In this document: positions 30,782-40,975 of the stretch, one piece after another
Layout of the letters: every line of letters starts with the position of its first letter
How positions within the stretch are numbered: position 1 is the stretch's first letter
From: Thermodesulfobacteriota bacterium
GTDB taxonomy: Bacteria; Desulfobacterota_D; UBA1144; Nemesobacterales; Mycalebacteriaceae
NCBI GenBank assembly: GCA_965198945.1
Contig: CBDAQI010000011.1
Coordinates: 1 to 64,000 of the forward strand
DNA: 64,000 nucleotides
Direction: 5' to 3'
Program-made: the position numbers and the translations under genes
Notes under the pieces: model-generated
What the model was told of the DNA's origin: nothing
The model's database searches: none
The model's input: only the letters and a program-made list of their open reading frames with translations

Positions 30782-31399
30782 ATGGGACTGCGATTTGAAA
30801 ACTTTGGCATTGATACTTTTGATATAAGATTGCCTGACGGCTACAGCCCATCTGACGGAGACCTTGAAATACAAGGAATACAGGGCGGTAGCTCCACACA
30901 ACGCCTTAAATCCACGGACGGGAGCGGGGCAAGATACAACTGGAATGGGAATGTTTTGTCTCAGGCGTATAAATCTCTGGTTATACCCGCAAATCGCTGG
31001 AGGCGAGCCTCGGTGGGAAACTGCATAGGAGTTAGGTCAACAGCCGTAAACGATAGGAGGGTTGAAGTAACATCCGTAACAGCCCTACCCATAAAGGTAA
31101 GACATAAACAGAGCGGTTCATTGTTGGATTTTCTTCTTTGTATTGAAGATTTGAACAGACAAACCAGAATAAGTGTTGCAGTTGACAACGGCCGATATTC
31201 ACATGCCATTCGCAATGTTTCCGCCTTTACGATTCAAGGAACTGCTTACCAGTTATTAACCAATTGGAATCACGGTGATATGACCTGGAAGTATGGTGAT
31301 TTGGCAGTGAGTCAATCTAATTTTGAATTTCCCGGACAGGAAGTAATTTTGTCTTTTCCTTCCGACCAGCCGTTTGAGTTTGTTCCGTATCCGTCATGA
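30782..31399 (+). CDS. Stand-alone (or frameshift-separated) C-terminal domain of the fibre-like family
   Basis: CIGVRST..LPIKVRHK..DF.LCIE and FPSDQPFEFVPYP match copy 4 CLGIRST..LPVKIRRK..DF.ICVE and LPTDQPFEFVQYP. Confidence 0.75.
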   Translation: MGLRFENFGIDTFDIRLPDGYSPSDGDLEIQGIQGGSSTQRLKSTDGSGARYNWNGNVLSQAYKSLVIPANRWRRASVGNCIGVRSTAVNDRRVEVTSVTALPIKVRHKQSGSLLDFLLCIEDLNRQTRISVAVDNGRYSHAIRNVSAFTIQGTAYQLLTNWNHGDMTWKYGDLAVSQSNFEFPGQEVILSFPSDQPFEFVPYPS

Positions 31400-31420
31400 A
31401 AAAACGGTCTGCGCCGGACT

Positions 31421-32653
31421 TTATCCCTCAACCAGCAGTGACTCAGGGTCTTCCACAAGTTCTTTCAGCCTGACAAGGAACTGAACGGCTTCTCTGCCGT
31501 CAACAACTCTGTGGTCGTAACTGAGAGCAACCAGCATTATCGGCCTTATTACGACCTCTCCGTCCACAACGGCCGGACGCTGCTTAATTGCGTGGAGACC
31601 CAGAATTCCGACCTGTGGCGGGTTGAGAATTGGGGTGCTCAGCATGGAACCGAAAACACCTCCGTTTGTTATGGAGAATGTCCCCCCCATAATCTCGTCT
31701 ATTTTCAATTTGCCTTCCTCGGCTTTTTCCGCAAACTGCCTGACCTCTTTTTCAAGCTCCGCGAAACTCTTTTTGTCCGCATCGCGTATAACCGGAACAA
31801 CAAGACCGCTTGAGGCGCCTATAGCCACCCCTATGTCGTAGAAATGTTTGTAGACAATTTCATCTCCCTGAATCTCCGAATTGATCTGAGGAAACGCCTT
31901 CAAAGCTCCCACCGATGCCTTGATGAAAAATGAAGACATTCCGAGTGAAACTCCGTATTTTTCCTTGAAAGAATCTTTGCGTCTCTTTCTAAGGTCCATA
32001 ACCGCGCTCATGTCCACCTCGTTGAAAGTGGAAAGAATCGCCGCTTCCCTCTGCGCTTCAAGCATGCGCCGCGCTATGGTTTTACGGCGGGCGGTCATCT
32101 TTACCCTTTCCTCTCTCCTGCTCAAAGCTGAAAGGGACGGGAAAATATCAGCCTGTTCATGAGATTTTTCTGCCGCAGCGGGCTGCTCGGTTTTGCGTGC
32201 GGCGGCTTGTTCAACATCCGCTTTTGTTATGCGCCCGCTCCGGCCTCCGGGTTCTACGGTTGACAAATCTATGTTTTCGTTGCGGGCAATGTTTTTCGCA
32301 ACCGGTGTTGAGCGTATCTCCGGCGCCGGCTGTGACGGAGAAACGGGTTTTTCCTCTCTATCCCGGGGCGGCTCGCTTTGAGGCGGCTGTTCACCGGCGG
32401 GGGCGGCCGCTTCCGCGGATTCATCTATGGCTCCAAGAGCGTCTCCGACACGCACTTCGTCTCCTTCGTTTTTACCGATCTCCGTAATCACCCCGCTTGC
32501 AGTGGCGGGCACCTCAAAATTGGCCTTTTCGGTCTCAAGTTCAACCACAGTCTCCCCGGTGCTTACGGGTTCTCCTTCCCGCTTGAGCCATTTCACCACC
32601 GTCGCTTCTATAACCGAGTCGCCCAGATCGGGCACCACTATTTCCATTGCCAT
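31421..32653 (-). CDS. sucB: 2-oxoglutarate dehydrogenase E2
   Basis: Lipoyl domain ETEKA, E3-binding domain, STPILNPP, DHR.VDG. Confidence 0.96.
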   Translation of the reverse strand: MAMEIVVPDLGDSVIEATVVKWLKREGEPVSTGETVVELETEKANFEVPATASGVITEIGKNEGDEVRVGDALGAIDESAEAAAPAGEQPPQSEPPRDREEKPVSPSQPAPEIRSTPVAKNIARNENIDLSTVEPGGRSGRITKADVEQAAARKTEQPAAAEKSHEQADIFPSLSALSRREERVKMTARRKTIARRMLEAQREAAILSTFNEVDMSAVMDLRKRRKDSFKEKYGVSLGMSSFFIKASVGALKAFPQINSEIQGDEIVYKHFYDIGVAIGASSGLVVPVIRDADKKSFAELEKEVRQFAEKAEEGKLKIDEIMGGTFSITNGGVFGSMLSTPILNPPQVGILGLHAIKQRPAVVDGEVVIRPIMLVALSYDHRVVDGREAVQFLVRLKELVEDPESLLVEG

Positions 32654-32680
32654 TTTATCCTCCGTATTGTTTTTTGAGGG

Positions 32681-35524
32681 CTAAACATCAGTAGCCATCG
32701 TCACGCCGCTTTTCTGAAGTTTATCAATTTCCTTTGCGCTGAAAGCCTGCTCCATAAGTATCGCCTGATTTACTTTGTGCATTGACATTGACCCTTCAGC
32801 CGGGCTTGAATTGCGTTTTCTCGCTATGACATGCAGAGGCAGTTTTTTTGAGCGGGCGATTTTGCGCAAATAAGGGTTGAGAAACCCCCAAGCTCCCATA
32901 TTTATCGGCTCTTCCTGGAGCCACACAATTTCTTTTGCGCCTGAATAGTTTTTCACCGCAGACCCTATCTCTTCAACCGGCGGATAGTAGAGCTGCTCAA
33001 CTCTTATTACGGCTATTTCCGGGTGTTTCTTTCTCATCTCCGACATTTCAAGATCTATGGCCACTTTCCCGCTGCACAGAATTACTCTGCGCACCCCTTC
33101 CGCATCTTCGCCGCGCAAAGAGTCATCTATTATGGGCATAAACCTGCCGGAAGAAAACTCGTTCAGAGATGATGACACAAGCGGATTTCTAAGCAGGCTT
33201 TTCGGAGTCATTACAACAAGCGGCAGAGGGTCTTTTTTCAGCACCGCAGCCTGTCTTCTCATAACATGAAAAAATTGAGCGGAGCTTGTGCAGTTCACAA
33301 CTCTCATGTTTTTCTCCGCAGCCATATCAAGAAATCTTTCAAGCCGCGCGCTGGAGTGGTCGGGACCCTGCCCCTCATATGCGTGCGGCAGCAGCAGAAC
33401 AAGAGACGGAAGCTGACCCCACTTTGAGCGTCCGGAAACCAGGTATTCATCTATGAGCGGCTGCGCCCCGTTTATAAAGTCTCCGTATTGGGCTTCCCAT
33501 ATTATAAGAGTTCCGGGTTTTTGTATGCTGTAACCGTATTCAAATCCTATGCAGGCGTTTTCAGTCAGGGGGCTGTTTATGATTTCAAACGCCGCGTTTG
33601 ATTGAGGAAAGTTTTGCAGAGGCGCGTATTCTTTTCCCGAATCCGGGTCGTGAAGCACTGCGTGCCTGTGGCTGAAAGTCCCTCTCTGGCAGTCCTGACC
33701 GCTGAGCCTTATTGGCACCCCGTCGGCGAGAATTGAAGCATATGCAAGCTCTTCTCCCATAGCCCAGTCTATTGTAGGTTCTTTCGGGTTTGAGAGGACA
33801 TCCCGCCTTTTTTCACGCGATTTGCGGATTTTGTAGTTGATGGACAACCCTTCGGGCAGTTCAAGAAGGGATTTGCTTATCTCCTTCAGTTTCGCGGCCG
33901 GGAAAGCGGTTTTCACCTTTTTAGCCGCTTCCGTTTCAGGAATAAAAACCTGCGCATCGTTTTCCGTCTTTGAAGGCAGAGACTCAAAAATTCCCGTGAG
34001 GCGCTCAATATTTTCTTCAAACATCTTTTCCGCGGCGCTTTTTTCCATTACTCCCGCGCCTACACAGCGCTCGGCAAGTATTTCTCTTGCCGTCGGATGT
34101 TTTCTGATCTTTTCATAGAGAAGAGGCTGGGTGAAACCCGGTTCGTCTCCTTCGTTGTGTCCGTGGCGACGGTAGCCTATCAGGTCTATCAGGAAATCCT
34201 TTTGAAATTGCCTTATATAGGCAAAAGCTATTCTGACCGCCTCCATGCAGGCCTCGGGTTCGTCTGTGTTGACATGTATTACGGGAACTTCAAAACCTTT
34301 TACCAGATCGCTTGAATAGAGCGTGCTTCTGCTGTCTTTCGGAATGGTCGTATAGCCTATCTGGTTGTTTGTTATTATGTGCAGGGTTCCGCCGGTGCTG
34401 TATCCGGGTATCAAAGACATATTCAGCGTTTCCGCATTTATACCCTGTCCGGGAAAAGCGGCGTCTCCGTGAACAACCACAGGCATGGAATATGTCGGCT
34501 CAAATTTGGGCGCGCCGGGTGATGAAGAGTCCGTCCCGGCTCCCCGCGCCATACCCTGTATTACGGGATTGACCGATTCAAGGTGGCTGGGGTTGGGGGC
34601 CAGCACTATTTCCAGTATTTCCGAAAGCTCTCCTGCGTTTCCGTTCAGCTTGAGGGGCTTTACCGCGCCTTCATGATACTTCACATCCCCGGTCCATCCC
34701 ATGTCATCCCTGAAATCCCTTTCATAAACCGGGTCTTTGAACTTTATCAATGAATTTTTGTAAGGTTTGTCCATAACATGGTGCATCACATTGAGCCGCC
34801 CCCTGTGAGCCATTCCGAGCGTTATGTGGTAAACCCCTGAATTGGAGGCGAGATGGGTAAACTCGTTCAGCATGGGGACAAGCATGTCAATTCCCTCAAT
34901 GGAAAAACGGAACTTGCCCGGAAAAACCTTGTGAAGAAACTTCTCAAGCGCTTCAACCCGGGACAACTGTTCCAAAATTGACTTGAGGTCAACCGGAGCA
35001 ACCGGAGGCCTAAACATCCCGGATTCCACCACATCCATAATCCAACCCCTTTCTTCCGAGTAGTAGATATGCTGAAAATCGTAGCCGGAAAAAGACGAAT
35101 ACACTTTTCTGAGTTTTTCAATCGCCTCTCCGGCGCTTGAACAGCCTTTTGAAACCGGACTTTTTATTATTGAAGCCGGGAGTTTTGCGAGATCTCCATC
35201 GGTCAGGCCGTGAAATTCCGGTCTCAACGCCTTATCTCCCGGCGCTTTGTGTCCGAGAGGGTCTGTTTTACTTCCAAGGTGCCCGTTGAGTCTTATTGCC
35301 TGAGCAAAATTGGCCGCGGCAACCATATTTGAAGAGTCCGCGCCCGCCTCCGCGGCTGACAAACCGCCGTTTGTAGTTGCCGACAAGCCGTTCTGATACG
35401 GAGCGAGCGCTTCAAAAAGTGCGCGGGCTGCAGGATCAACGGAATCGCGGTCTTGCAGATAGCGGTTATACAACTCTGCCACAAGCGCTGAATTCGGTCC
35501 GTGAAAAAGTTCTTCCAGCGTCAT
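32681..35524 (-). CDS. sucA: 2-oxoglutarate dehydrogenase E1
   Basis: GMAHRGRLN, GDVKYH, NPSHLE, HGDAAF.GQG, GHNE.D, HSSARLERFL. Confidence 0.97.
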   Translation of the reverse strand: MTLEELFHGPNSALVAELYNRYLQDRDSVDPAARALFEALAPYQNGLSATTNGGLSAAEAGADSSNMVAAANFAQAIRLNGHLGSKTDPLGHKAPGDKALRPEFHGLTDGDLAKLPASIIKSPVSKGCSSAGEAIEKLRKVYSSFSGYDFQHIYYSEERGWIMDVVESGMFRPPVAPVDLKSILEQLSRVEALEKFLHKVFPGKFRFSIEGIDMLVPMLNEFTHLASNSGVYHITLGMAHRGRLNVMHHVMDKPYKNSLIKFKDPVYERDFRDDMGWTGDVKYHEGAVKPLKLNGNAGELSEILEIVLAPNPSHLESVNPVIQGMARGAGTDSSSPGAPKFEPTYSMPVVVHGDAAFPGQGINAETLNMSLIPGYSTGGTLHIITNNQIGYTTIPKDSRSTLYSSDLVKGFEVPVIHVNTDEPEACMEAVRIAFAYIRQFQKDFLIDLIGYRRHGHNEGDEPGFTQPLLYEKIRKHPTAREILAERCVGAGVMEKSAAEKMFEENIERLTGIFESLPSKTENDAQVFIPETEAAKKVKTAFPAAKLKEISKSLLELPEGLSINYKIRKSREKRRDVLSNPKEPTIDWAMGEELAYASILADGVPIRLSGQDCQRGTFSHRHAVLHDPDSGKEYAPLQNFPQSNAAFEIINSPLTENACIGFEYGYSIQKPGTLIIWEAQYGDFINGAQPLIDEYLVSGRSKWGQLPSLVLLLPHAYEGQGPDHSSARLERFLDMAAEKNMRVVNCTSSAQFFHVMRRQAAVLKKDPLPLVVMTPKSLLRNPLVSSSLNEFSSGRFMPIIDDSLRGEDAEGVRRVILCSGKVAIDLEMSEMRKKHPEIAVIRVEQLYYPPVEEIGSAVKNYSGAKEIVWLQEEPINMGAWGFLNPYLRKIARSKKLPLHVIARKRNSSPAEGSMSMHKVNQAILMEQAFSAKEIDKLQKSGVTMATDV

Positions 35525-35651
35525 CGTGTAATGATTTCCTCAAGCAATTGAAGCGCCATTCCCAACCTGCCGAAGCAGTGCAATAGTAATACAGATTTGG
35601 GGCGTAGACAATATATATCCTAATAATTTTTTTCAGGATTTCTCCGTCCCG

Positions 35652-36128
35652 CTACCTGTTTTTCTTGGGCCTGTCTTTTTCCTCTATGTAGCCGGTGAGT
35701 TTCACCTTGCTCCTTACTTCGGGAGGCAGATTGCTCAAATCCGGTTTTGGCATGTCTGTTGAAAGGTCGCTTGTGAAAGAGAAGGAAGAAATAACTTTTT
35801 CAGTTTTTTTTGAGCCGCAGGAAGGGCATTTGACCTTTTTTTCATCACCTTTTTCGTATATCAGTTCGGAGAACCGGAAAACGTCCGTATTGATAAAAAA
35901 CATCATTGAGCCGTCTTCAGAATAACGGACCATATCCTGCCCGCCCGCCTGCGGCTTGCCGGCTTCCGCTTCCATTTTTCCATTTTGAAGGTCTATAATC
36001 TGGGCGTTGCGAACAACCTCATTTTTCTTGACGACTGAAGACAGAGACTTGCCGTCGCCCATTATTTTTTTCATGGCCTTTTCGGCGCTGTTTCTGCAAT
36101 TTACGCATTCATATTCAAACAAAGGCAT
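35652..36128 (-). CDS. FmdB-like zinc-ribbon protein with large insertion
   Basis: MPLFEYECVNC ... FSEL ... CPSCGS...KVISSF. Confidence 0.8.
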   Translation of the reverse strand: MPLFEYECVNCRNSAEKAMKKIMGDGKSLSSVVKKNEVVRNAQIIDLQNGKMEAEAGKPQAGGQDMVRYSEDGSMMFFINTDVFRFSELIYEKGDEKKVKCPSCGSKKTEKVISSFSFTSDLSTDMPKPDLSNLPPEVRSKVKLTGYIEEKDRPKKNR

Positions 36129-36140
36129 TTCTTCCGGCTC

Positions 36141-36632
36141 CTATCCTTTGAAGTATTGATTCAGATTATCCTGCCCGACCCAGTTCTGTTGTTCTTCATC
36201 TTTTTGCACCTTGTAGTCTTTGTGCCATCCAAGGTCATCTCCGGGGCCCGGCTCCCTGTCTCTCTTGTCAAAAATCGCCTTGAAGGTTGAAAAAATCCTC
36301 CTAACTTTCTTCCCTTTGCATGAAGGGCACTTAGGAGCCGGCTCACCGGGATCCATCAATTCGCTGAATTTGAAGTCTTTCAGTTCAAGATAGAGACCCT
36401 TGCCGCTTTCAAGCGAGTATTTGAATCTGCGAACATTGCGTGACGGGGTTTTCTCTCCGAGAGAAAAAAGTTTCCCTCCGGTTTTTTCTTTTGTAACTTC
36501 TATGTAGATAAATCCCGGATTCTCACGGGAAATCTCAGAAGCGTTTTTTTTGTTAAGACCGCCGACAAGTTTTGAGATGTCTCTGTTAAACTTGTCCATG
36601 CAGCCTTCGCATTCATACTCATAAAGGGGCAT
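36141..36632 (-). CDS. FmdB-like zinc-ribbon protein with large insertion
   Basis: MPLYEYECEGC ... FSEL ... CPSCKG..RRIFS. Confidence 0.8.
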   Translation of the reverse strand: MPLYEYECEGCMDKFNRDISKLVGGLNKKNASEISRENPGFIYIEVTKEKTGGKLFSLGEKTPSRNVRRFKYSLESGKGLYLELKDFKFSELMDPGEPAPKCPSCKGKKVRRIFSTFKAIFDKRDREPGPGDDLGWHKDYKVQKDEEQQNWVGQDNLNQYFKG

Positions 36633-36685
36633 AATGAATCTCAGGAAGTTTTACACATATTTGCCATTTTTGAAAGGGAGACATT

Positions 36686-37495
36686 TTGAAAACACCCGCG
36701 GTGAAAAATTCCGAACTGATTGTTGAAGTTTCAGGAGCGGTGGCTTCGCTTGAAATAAACAGGCCTGAAAAGATGAACTCGCTTTCTCCGGATGTTCTTT
36801 CTGAGATTGTCCGCACGCTTGAAAGATTCAAAGACGAGGGCTCGGTTCGCTGTGTTATTCTGTCGGGGCGCGGCGGCAAGGCGTTCTCATCGGGATATGA
36901 TTTTTCCTTTCTCGGTTCCCGCGAGATGCTGCGCGACTACGAAAAAGACAAACATCCCCTTGCGGCCGCGTGCGAAGCTGTGGAAAACTTTCCGAGACCG
37001 GTGCTCGCCATGGTTTGCGGACATGCCTTGGGCGGAGGACTTGAGCTTGCGGCCGCGTGCGACATGATCATCTGCTCGGAAAATTCAAAGTTTTCCATAC
37101 CGCCGGCAAAACTCGGTATTGCATACCCGCTTTCTGGACTGCGGAGAATCTCCGGTCTGGTGGGATTTTCAAACGCCGCAAGAATGTTTTTCACCGCGGA
37201 AACTTTTACGGCGCGGGAAGCTCTGGAAATGGGGCTTGCATGCGAAGTTGTTCCGGAACAAGAGTCTCTCCTTAATCAAACATATCAAACAGCCCGCCGT
37301 ATTGCCGGCAATGCTCCTCTTTCAACGGAAGCGGCAAAACTGGGACTGAATATTTTGAGAATGTCCGCGCAAATTTCCTCTAAAAATGAGGAGAAAATGC
37401 GAAAGATCCTTGAAAAAATTCAGAACAGCGCCGATTTCAAAGAAGGAATCAAATCGGTTTCAGAAAAAAGAAAGCCCTTTTTTGAAGGCCGTTGA
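36686..37495 (+). CDS. Enoyl-CoA hydratase/isomerase family
   Basis: NRPEKMNSL, AFSSG.D, GHALGGGLELA, P.KLG. Confidence 0.92.
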   Translation: MKTPAVKNSELIVEVSGAVASLEINRPEKMNSLSPDVLSEIVRTLERFKDEGSVRCVILSGRGGKAFSSGYDFSFLGSREMLRDYEKDKHPLAAACEAVENFPRPVLAMVCGHALGGGLELAAACDMIICSENSKFSIPPAKLGIAYPLSGLRRISGLVGFSNAARMFFTAETFTAREALEMGLACEVVPEQESLLNQTYQTARRIAGNAPLSTEAAKLGLNILRMSAQISSKNEEKMRKILEKIQNSADFKEGIKSVSEKRKPFFEGR

Positions 37496-37496
37496 T

Positions 37497-38384
37497 CTAT
37501 TCACCGTATAGTTCTTCAAGAAATTCTCTGTCTTTGCTCCATCCGCTCTTTACAAGCACTTCCAGTTCAAGAAAAACTTTTTTCCCCAGAAAATTTTCAA
37601 TGTCGCTCCGTGCTCGCGACCCTATTTTTTTCAGCATGCCGCCGCCTTTTCCAATCACTATTTTTCTGTGCGATTCTTTTTCAATAAAGACTTCGGCTTT
37701 TATATAAAAGGTTTTCCCCGAACGCATTTCCCTTACCACTACCGCTGATTGATACGGCACTTCGCCATGAGTCAAACGGAATATTTTTTCCCTGACAAAC
37801 TCTGCGGCGACAAATTTCTCCATTTGGTCGGTGCTGCTGTCACTCGGGAACAGCTTTTTCCCTTGAGGCAAAATTTTTTTTATTATTTGAATCAAGCTGT
37901 CCATACCTTTCCCCTTGAGGGCGGAAACGGGGACAATTTCCGCAATTTTTGCGCCGAATTTCGCGGAGCCTTCCATGGTTTGAAGAAGTGATTTCCGGCT
38001 GACAATATCAATTTTGTTGAGCGCCACCACAACCGGACGGGAGGATTCTTTAATCGCCTTTACCTCACCCCCGCCAAAGGGAGCTGATGCATCCGTAACA
38101 ACGAGATTGAGTTCTCTTTCAAGAGATGAGAGCGCCGACGAAGCCATCTTTTTGCCCAGTTCTCCCAACGGACGCGCTATTCCGGGTGTGTCCGTGAAAA
38201 CTATTTGGGCTTCATCGTCCGTCAGTATCCCGTTTATACGGTTTCGTGTTGTGTTGGGTTTTGGTGATGAGGCGCAGATTTTTGTCCGGACAAGCGCGTT
38301 AACAAGTGTGGATTTTCCCACATTTGTTCCTCCCACCACTGACACAAAGCCGAACTTGTATTTTTTATGATTCTCCATTTCCAT
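37497..38384 (-). CDS. era: GTPase Era
   Basis: NVGKSTL, TTR, DTPG, NKID, KH domain IVIGKGG. Confidence 0.95.
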   Translation of the reverse strand: MEMENHKKYKFGFVSVVGGTNVGKSTLVNALVRTKICASSPKPNTTRNRINGILTDDEAQIVFTDTPGIARPLGELGKKMASSALSSLERELNLVVTDASAPFGGGEVKAIKESSRPVVVALNKIDIVSRKSLLQTMEGSAKFGAKIAEIVPVSALKGKGMDSLIQIIKKILPQGKKLFPSDSSTDQMEKFVAAEFVREKIFRLTHGEVPYQSAVVVREMRSGKTFYIKAEVFIEKESHRKIVIGKGGGMLKKIGSRARSDIENFLGKKVFLELEVLVKSGWSKDREFLEELYGE

Positions 38385-38517
38385 AGCCGTTCCCGCGCAA
38401 GCGGCAAACCCGAATTGCCCTGAAAAAATTTATTCCATTCACTTTAACCTCTGTAGTTTTCCATCAAAATGTAGATTTGTCCGAGAGTCTTGAAAGCACA
38501 AATCCCGTCCCTCCCCC

Positions 38518-38556
38518 GTCATTCCCGTGAAAGCTTGTCCTCATAAAAACGGGGAA
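38518..38556. repeat. Partial dRS3/REP-like palindrome
   Basis: GTCATTCCCGTGAAAGCTTGTCCTCATAAAAACGGGGA. Confidence 0.7.
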
Positions 38557-38584
38557 AAGATTTTGAATTACTTTGGCTGTCTCT

Positions 38585-39862
38585 TTACTTTTTTCTTTTT
38601 TCCCACTTTTCATCAAGATATTTTTTGAGAGCGGCTTCCCGCCCCCTGTCTGACGGTCTGTAGTAAATTCTGTTCCTGATTTTCCCGGGCAGATTTTCCT
38701 GCCCTGAGAAGGCGTCTTCCTCATCGTGCGGATAGCGGTAGCCTTTGCCGTAGCCCATATCTTTCATCAAACGTGTCGGCGCGTTGCGTATATGCATCGG
38801 AATTTCAAGATAGGGGTATTTTTTCACATCCGCTTCCGCTTTTCTCAAACCCGAATACGCCGCGTTGCTTCTCGGACAGCTCGCCAGATAAGTCGCGGTT
38901 TGCGCAAGCACAATCCGCGCTTCGGGCATCCCTATGTAGTTGACCGCAGTGAAGCAGTCCGTTGCAAGCGTAAGAGCATATGGCTCGGCGTTTCCTATGT
39001 CTTCCGATGCGAGAACAATCAGCCTCCTTGCTATAAAAAGAGGTTCTTCTCCGGCCTCAAGCATGCGTGCCAGATAATAAAGCGCGGCGTCGGGGTCGCT
39101 CGCCCGCACACTTTTTATGAAAGCGGAAATAGTGTTGTAATGCTCATCGCCGTCTTTATCATAGCGGACTCCCTTCTGATAAACGTTTCTGATCGTTTGC
39201 GCGTCAACATCCCTCGCACAGATGGAAACCGCCATTTCAAGAGCGTTCAGAAGAGTTCTCGCGTCTCCGCCGCACATTCTGATTAAATCTTTTCGCGCTT
39301 CGGGAGTGATTTTTGCGCTTTTTAACGCTTCGTCTTTTTCAATTGCCCTGTCAATTATCAGTGATAAATCCTCATCTCCGAGCGGTTCAAGTTTATAGAC
39401 CGCACACCTTGAAAGAAGCGGGGCTATGACCTCAAAAGACGGGTTTTCTGTTGTTGCCCCTATGAGTGAAATTTCTCCCTCTTCCACACTTTTGAGCAGA
39501 GTCGCCTGCTGGGCTTTATTAAACCTGTGTATTTCGTCTATAAACAGAACCGCGCCCGCGCCGCCGTTTGTTTTTACTTTCTCGGCATGGGAAAGCGCTT
39601 CCCTTATCTCTTTCACTCCCGAAGAAACCGCATCAATACTGATAAACTCGGCGCCGCTTTCGTCTGTCAATACGCGGGCAAGAGTGGTTTTCCCCGTTCC
39701 CGGAGGGCCCCACAGAATCATTGAGCGTGAGCCGCTTTTGCTCTGGGCCGAGAGCAGCAGAATCCCGTTTTTTCCAAGCAGGTGCTTCTGTCCGGCGATT
39801 TCTTCGAAGGATTCGGGACGCATGCGTTCGGCAAGAGGGGCCTTGTCAATATGCGACTTCAT
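38585..39862 (-). CDS. rarA: Replication-associated recombination protein A (MgsA/RarA)
   Basis: PLAERMRP, WGPPGTGKTT, DEIHRFNKAQQ, ATTENPSF, SEDIG.A; true start ATG 39862. Confidence 0.96.
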   Translation of the reverse strand: MKSHIDKAPLAERMRPESFEEIAGQKHLLGKNGILLLSAQSKSGSRSMILWGPPGTGKTTLARVLTDESGAEFISIDAVSSGVKEIREALSHAEKVKTNGGAGAVLFIDEIHRFNKAQQATLLKSVEEGEISLIGATTENPSFEVIAPLLSRCAVYKLEPLGDEDLSLIIDRAIEKDEALKSAKITPEARKDLIRMCGGDARTLLNALEMAVSICARDVDAQTIRNVYQKGVRYDKDGDEHYNTISAFIKSVRASDPDAALYYLARMLEAGEEPLFIARRLIVLASEDIGNAEPYALTLATDCFTAVNYIGMPEARIVLAQTATYLASCPRSNAAYSGLRKAEADVKKYPYLEIPMHIRNAPTRLMKDMGYGKGYRYPHDEEDAFSGQENLPGKIRNRIYYRPSDRGREAALKKYLDEKWEKRKK

Positions 39863-39943
39863 GCGGATATTATACTGAAAGCCCGCAAGGTGCATTCTCA
39901 AACGGAAAGATTCAATTTTCTTTTCGGCTATAATAAAAACCAA

Positions 39944-40975
39944 ATGAATACAAAACTTTTGAAAAAACTTTGTGACATTCCCGCAATTCCCGGAGACGAG
40001 GGAGCGGTCAGAGATTTTGCCGTTTCTGAGCTTGCGAAATATGCAAAAGACATATCCGTTGACACAATGGGAAACGTTATAGCCCATATAGGTGGAAAAG
40101 GCGGAAAACTTGTTGTTGATGCCCACATGGATGAAGTGGGTTTTATGGTGAGCCACATAGATGAAAAAGGGTTTGTGAGGGTTCACGCGCTCGGAGGCAT
40201 GGACGCGAAGGTTTTTTACGGACAGCGGCTTGTTGTTCACGGTCTGAAGACCCTTTATGCCGTTGTTGCGGCAATCCCTCCCCATGTAAGCAAAGCGGGC
40301 GGCGCCAGTGGCGTTCCGGAAATTGAAGACTGTGTTCTTGACCTTGGTCTTTCGGCGGACAAGGTGAGAAAGTATGTGAAGGTCGGGGACGCCGTAACCT
40401 TTGACACCGAGCTGCGCGAAACTGAAGACGCTGTGATTTCGCGCGCCATTGATGACAGAGTCGGAATTTTTGTCATCCTTGAAATGCTCGCCGCAAAACC
40501 GAAACCGAGTTGCGACTTGTTTGTTACTCTGACGGTGCAGGAGGAACCCGGTTTGAGAGGGGCGCGTTTGATCACGCCGGCGCTTGAGCCGGATTTTGTG
40601 CTCGTTCTTGAGGGAACGGTCACAATGGATTTGCCCGGAATCCCCGCGCACAAAACCCTTGCCAATGTTGGCAAAGGACCTGAAATCCGGCTTTCAGACC
40701 GCTATCTTGTGGCGGACAGGGAATTCAGTTTCTTCATAAAATCCGTCGCGGACAAGAAAAAAATTCCGTCTCAAATCACAGTTAAAAAAGCCGGCGGAAC
40801 AAACGCGACCGCGATGCAGGTAACGGGCCGGGGAAGCAAAGCGGCGGTTGTTTCCGTGCCGACAAGGTATTTGCACAGCCCGAGTTCCGTGGCTTACAAG
40901 AGCGACATTGAGGCCACAATAAAACTGGTTAAGGGCGTTGTTGATGGTATGGGAGATTTTCATGCAAAACGGTAA
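39944..40975 (+). CDS. M42 family metallopeptidase
   Basis: AHMDEVG, AIDDR.G, TVQEE.GLRGA, GGTNA, RYLHSP. Confidence 0.93.
   Translation: MNTKLLKKLCDIPAIPGDEGAVRDFAVSELAKYAKDISVDTMGNVIAHIGGKGGKLVVDAHMDEVGFMVSHIDEKGFVRVHALGGMDAKVFYGQRLVVHGLKTLYAVVAAIPPHVSKAGGASGVPEIEDCVLDLGLSADKVRKYVKVGDAVTFDTELRETEDAVISRAIDDRVGIFVILEMLAAKPKPSCDLFVTLTVQEEPGLRGARLITPALEPDFVLVLEGTVTMDLPGIPAHKTLANVGKGPEIRLSDRYLVADREFSFFIKSVADKKKIPSQITVKKAGGTNATAMQVTGRGSKAAVVSVPTRYLHSPSSVAYKSDIEATIKLVKGVVDGMGDFHAKR

Noticed and set aside
21119..31399. Prophage
   Set aside because: No integrase, terminase, capsid or lysis genes; the fibre-like genes sit singly among housekeeping genes.
39863..40651. 262-aa N-terminal extension of RarA in the ORF track
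   Set aside because: Antisense shadow of the M42 peptidase gene; RarA homology begins at 39862.
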